A stretch of DNA of 64,000 nucleotides from Gammaproteobacteria bacterium (GTDB lineage Bacteria > Pseudomonadota > Gammaproteobacteria > Natronospirales > DASSBR01). This document shows positions 63,826 through 64,000 of this stretch, one piece after another. The notes under the pieces were generated by a model, which was not told the origin of the DNA, made no database searches, and saw only the letters and a list, made by a program, of their open reading frames with translations. How positions within the stretch are numbered: position 1 is the first letter of the stretch; the number at the start of each line of letters is the position of its first letter. The stretch is taken from the NCBI GenBank assembly GCA_035698525.1, contig DASSBR010000053.1, positions 22,187 through 86,186 on the forward strand, given 5' to 3'. The position numbers were made by a program, and so were the translations under genes.

Positions 63826-64000
63826 TCAGTCGTCCGCCTGGACCGTTTCGGTTTTCTTGCGTGACGTCGAGCGGCGGCGTGCCTTGCTTTCCGGCTTCGT
63901 GCCGATCTCGTCGGACGCGAAATCGTCCACCGCGATAATTTCGTCCGTCAGTTCCTTGAGTCGCCGCAGCAGCGTTGCCTCGCCGGCATTGATGACGCCG
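63826..64000 (-). CDS. partial CDS (C-terminal 57 codons only), unknown function
   Basis: The open frame runs into the window end: ...NAGEATLLRRLKELTDEIIAVDDFASDEIGTKPESKARRRSTSRKKTETVQADD-stop. The stop lies 2 nt before the next gene's start. Confidence 0.3.
   Translation of the reverse strand, partial: GVINAGEATLLRRLKELTDEIIAVDDFASDEIGTKPESKARRRSTSRKKTETVQADD

Noticed and set aside
1-64000. rRNA, tRNA, tmRNA genes and CRISPR arrays
   Set aside because: Scanning by eye for conserved T-arm or anticodon-arm patterns, rRNA-like stretches and regularly spaced repeats found nothing convincing. This is a manual scan and should be confirmed with tRNAscan-SE, Infernal and a CRISPR finder.

Overview
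This is a 64 kb window from a high-GC proteobacterial chromosome. The bioBFHCD operon and the split nrdJa/nrdJb genes suggest a gammaproteobacterium, but that is inference. Most of the window is core housekeeping: folA (partial), cydAB, mltC, rpoZ-spoT-ridA-recG, ubiCA, rph-rdgB-hemW, an HD-GYP/EAL c-di-GMP gene pair, comF, bioBFHCD, degP, hsp20, class II ribonucleotide reductase, blaI/blaR1-like genes, peptidases, porins, a GGDEF cyclase and an MFS transporter. Many start calls are supported by 4-nt stop/start overlaps (ATGA or GTGA). Three things stand out. First, a low-GC accessory island of about 7.3 kb (about 32520-39871) sits between nrdJb and a lipoprotein gene. It carries a four-gene cluster (membrane coiled-coil protein, small Cys-motif protein, PD-(D/E)XK nuclease, N6-adenine methyltransferase). 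It also carries an Rx4H (HEPN-like) protein with a small partner, an IS3 relic with 27-bp direct repeats, and a PD-(D/E)XK plus DUF2075/Schlafen-type helicase protein. This island is the best place to look for an undescribed defence system. Second, nrdJa is interrupted by a 374-aa LAGLIDADG intein placed immediately before the catalytic-loop Cys, and the intein ends in Gly-Gln instead of His-Asn. Third, a 237-nt spacer packed with stem-loops lies inside the bio operon. I recognised no rRNA, tRNA or CRISPR array. All family assignments come from reading motifs by eye, and no database search was possible. Long Arg/Ala-rich antisense ORFs in the track are treated as high-GC artefacts.
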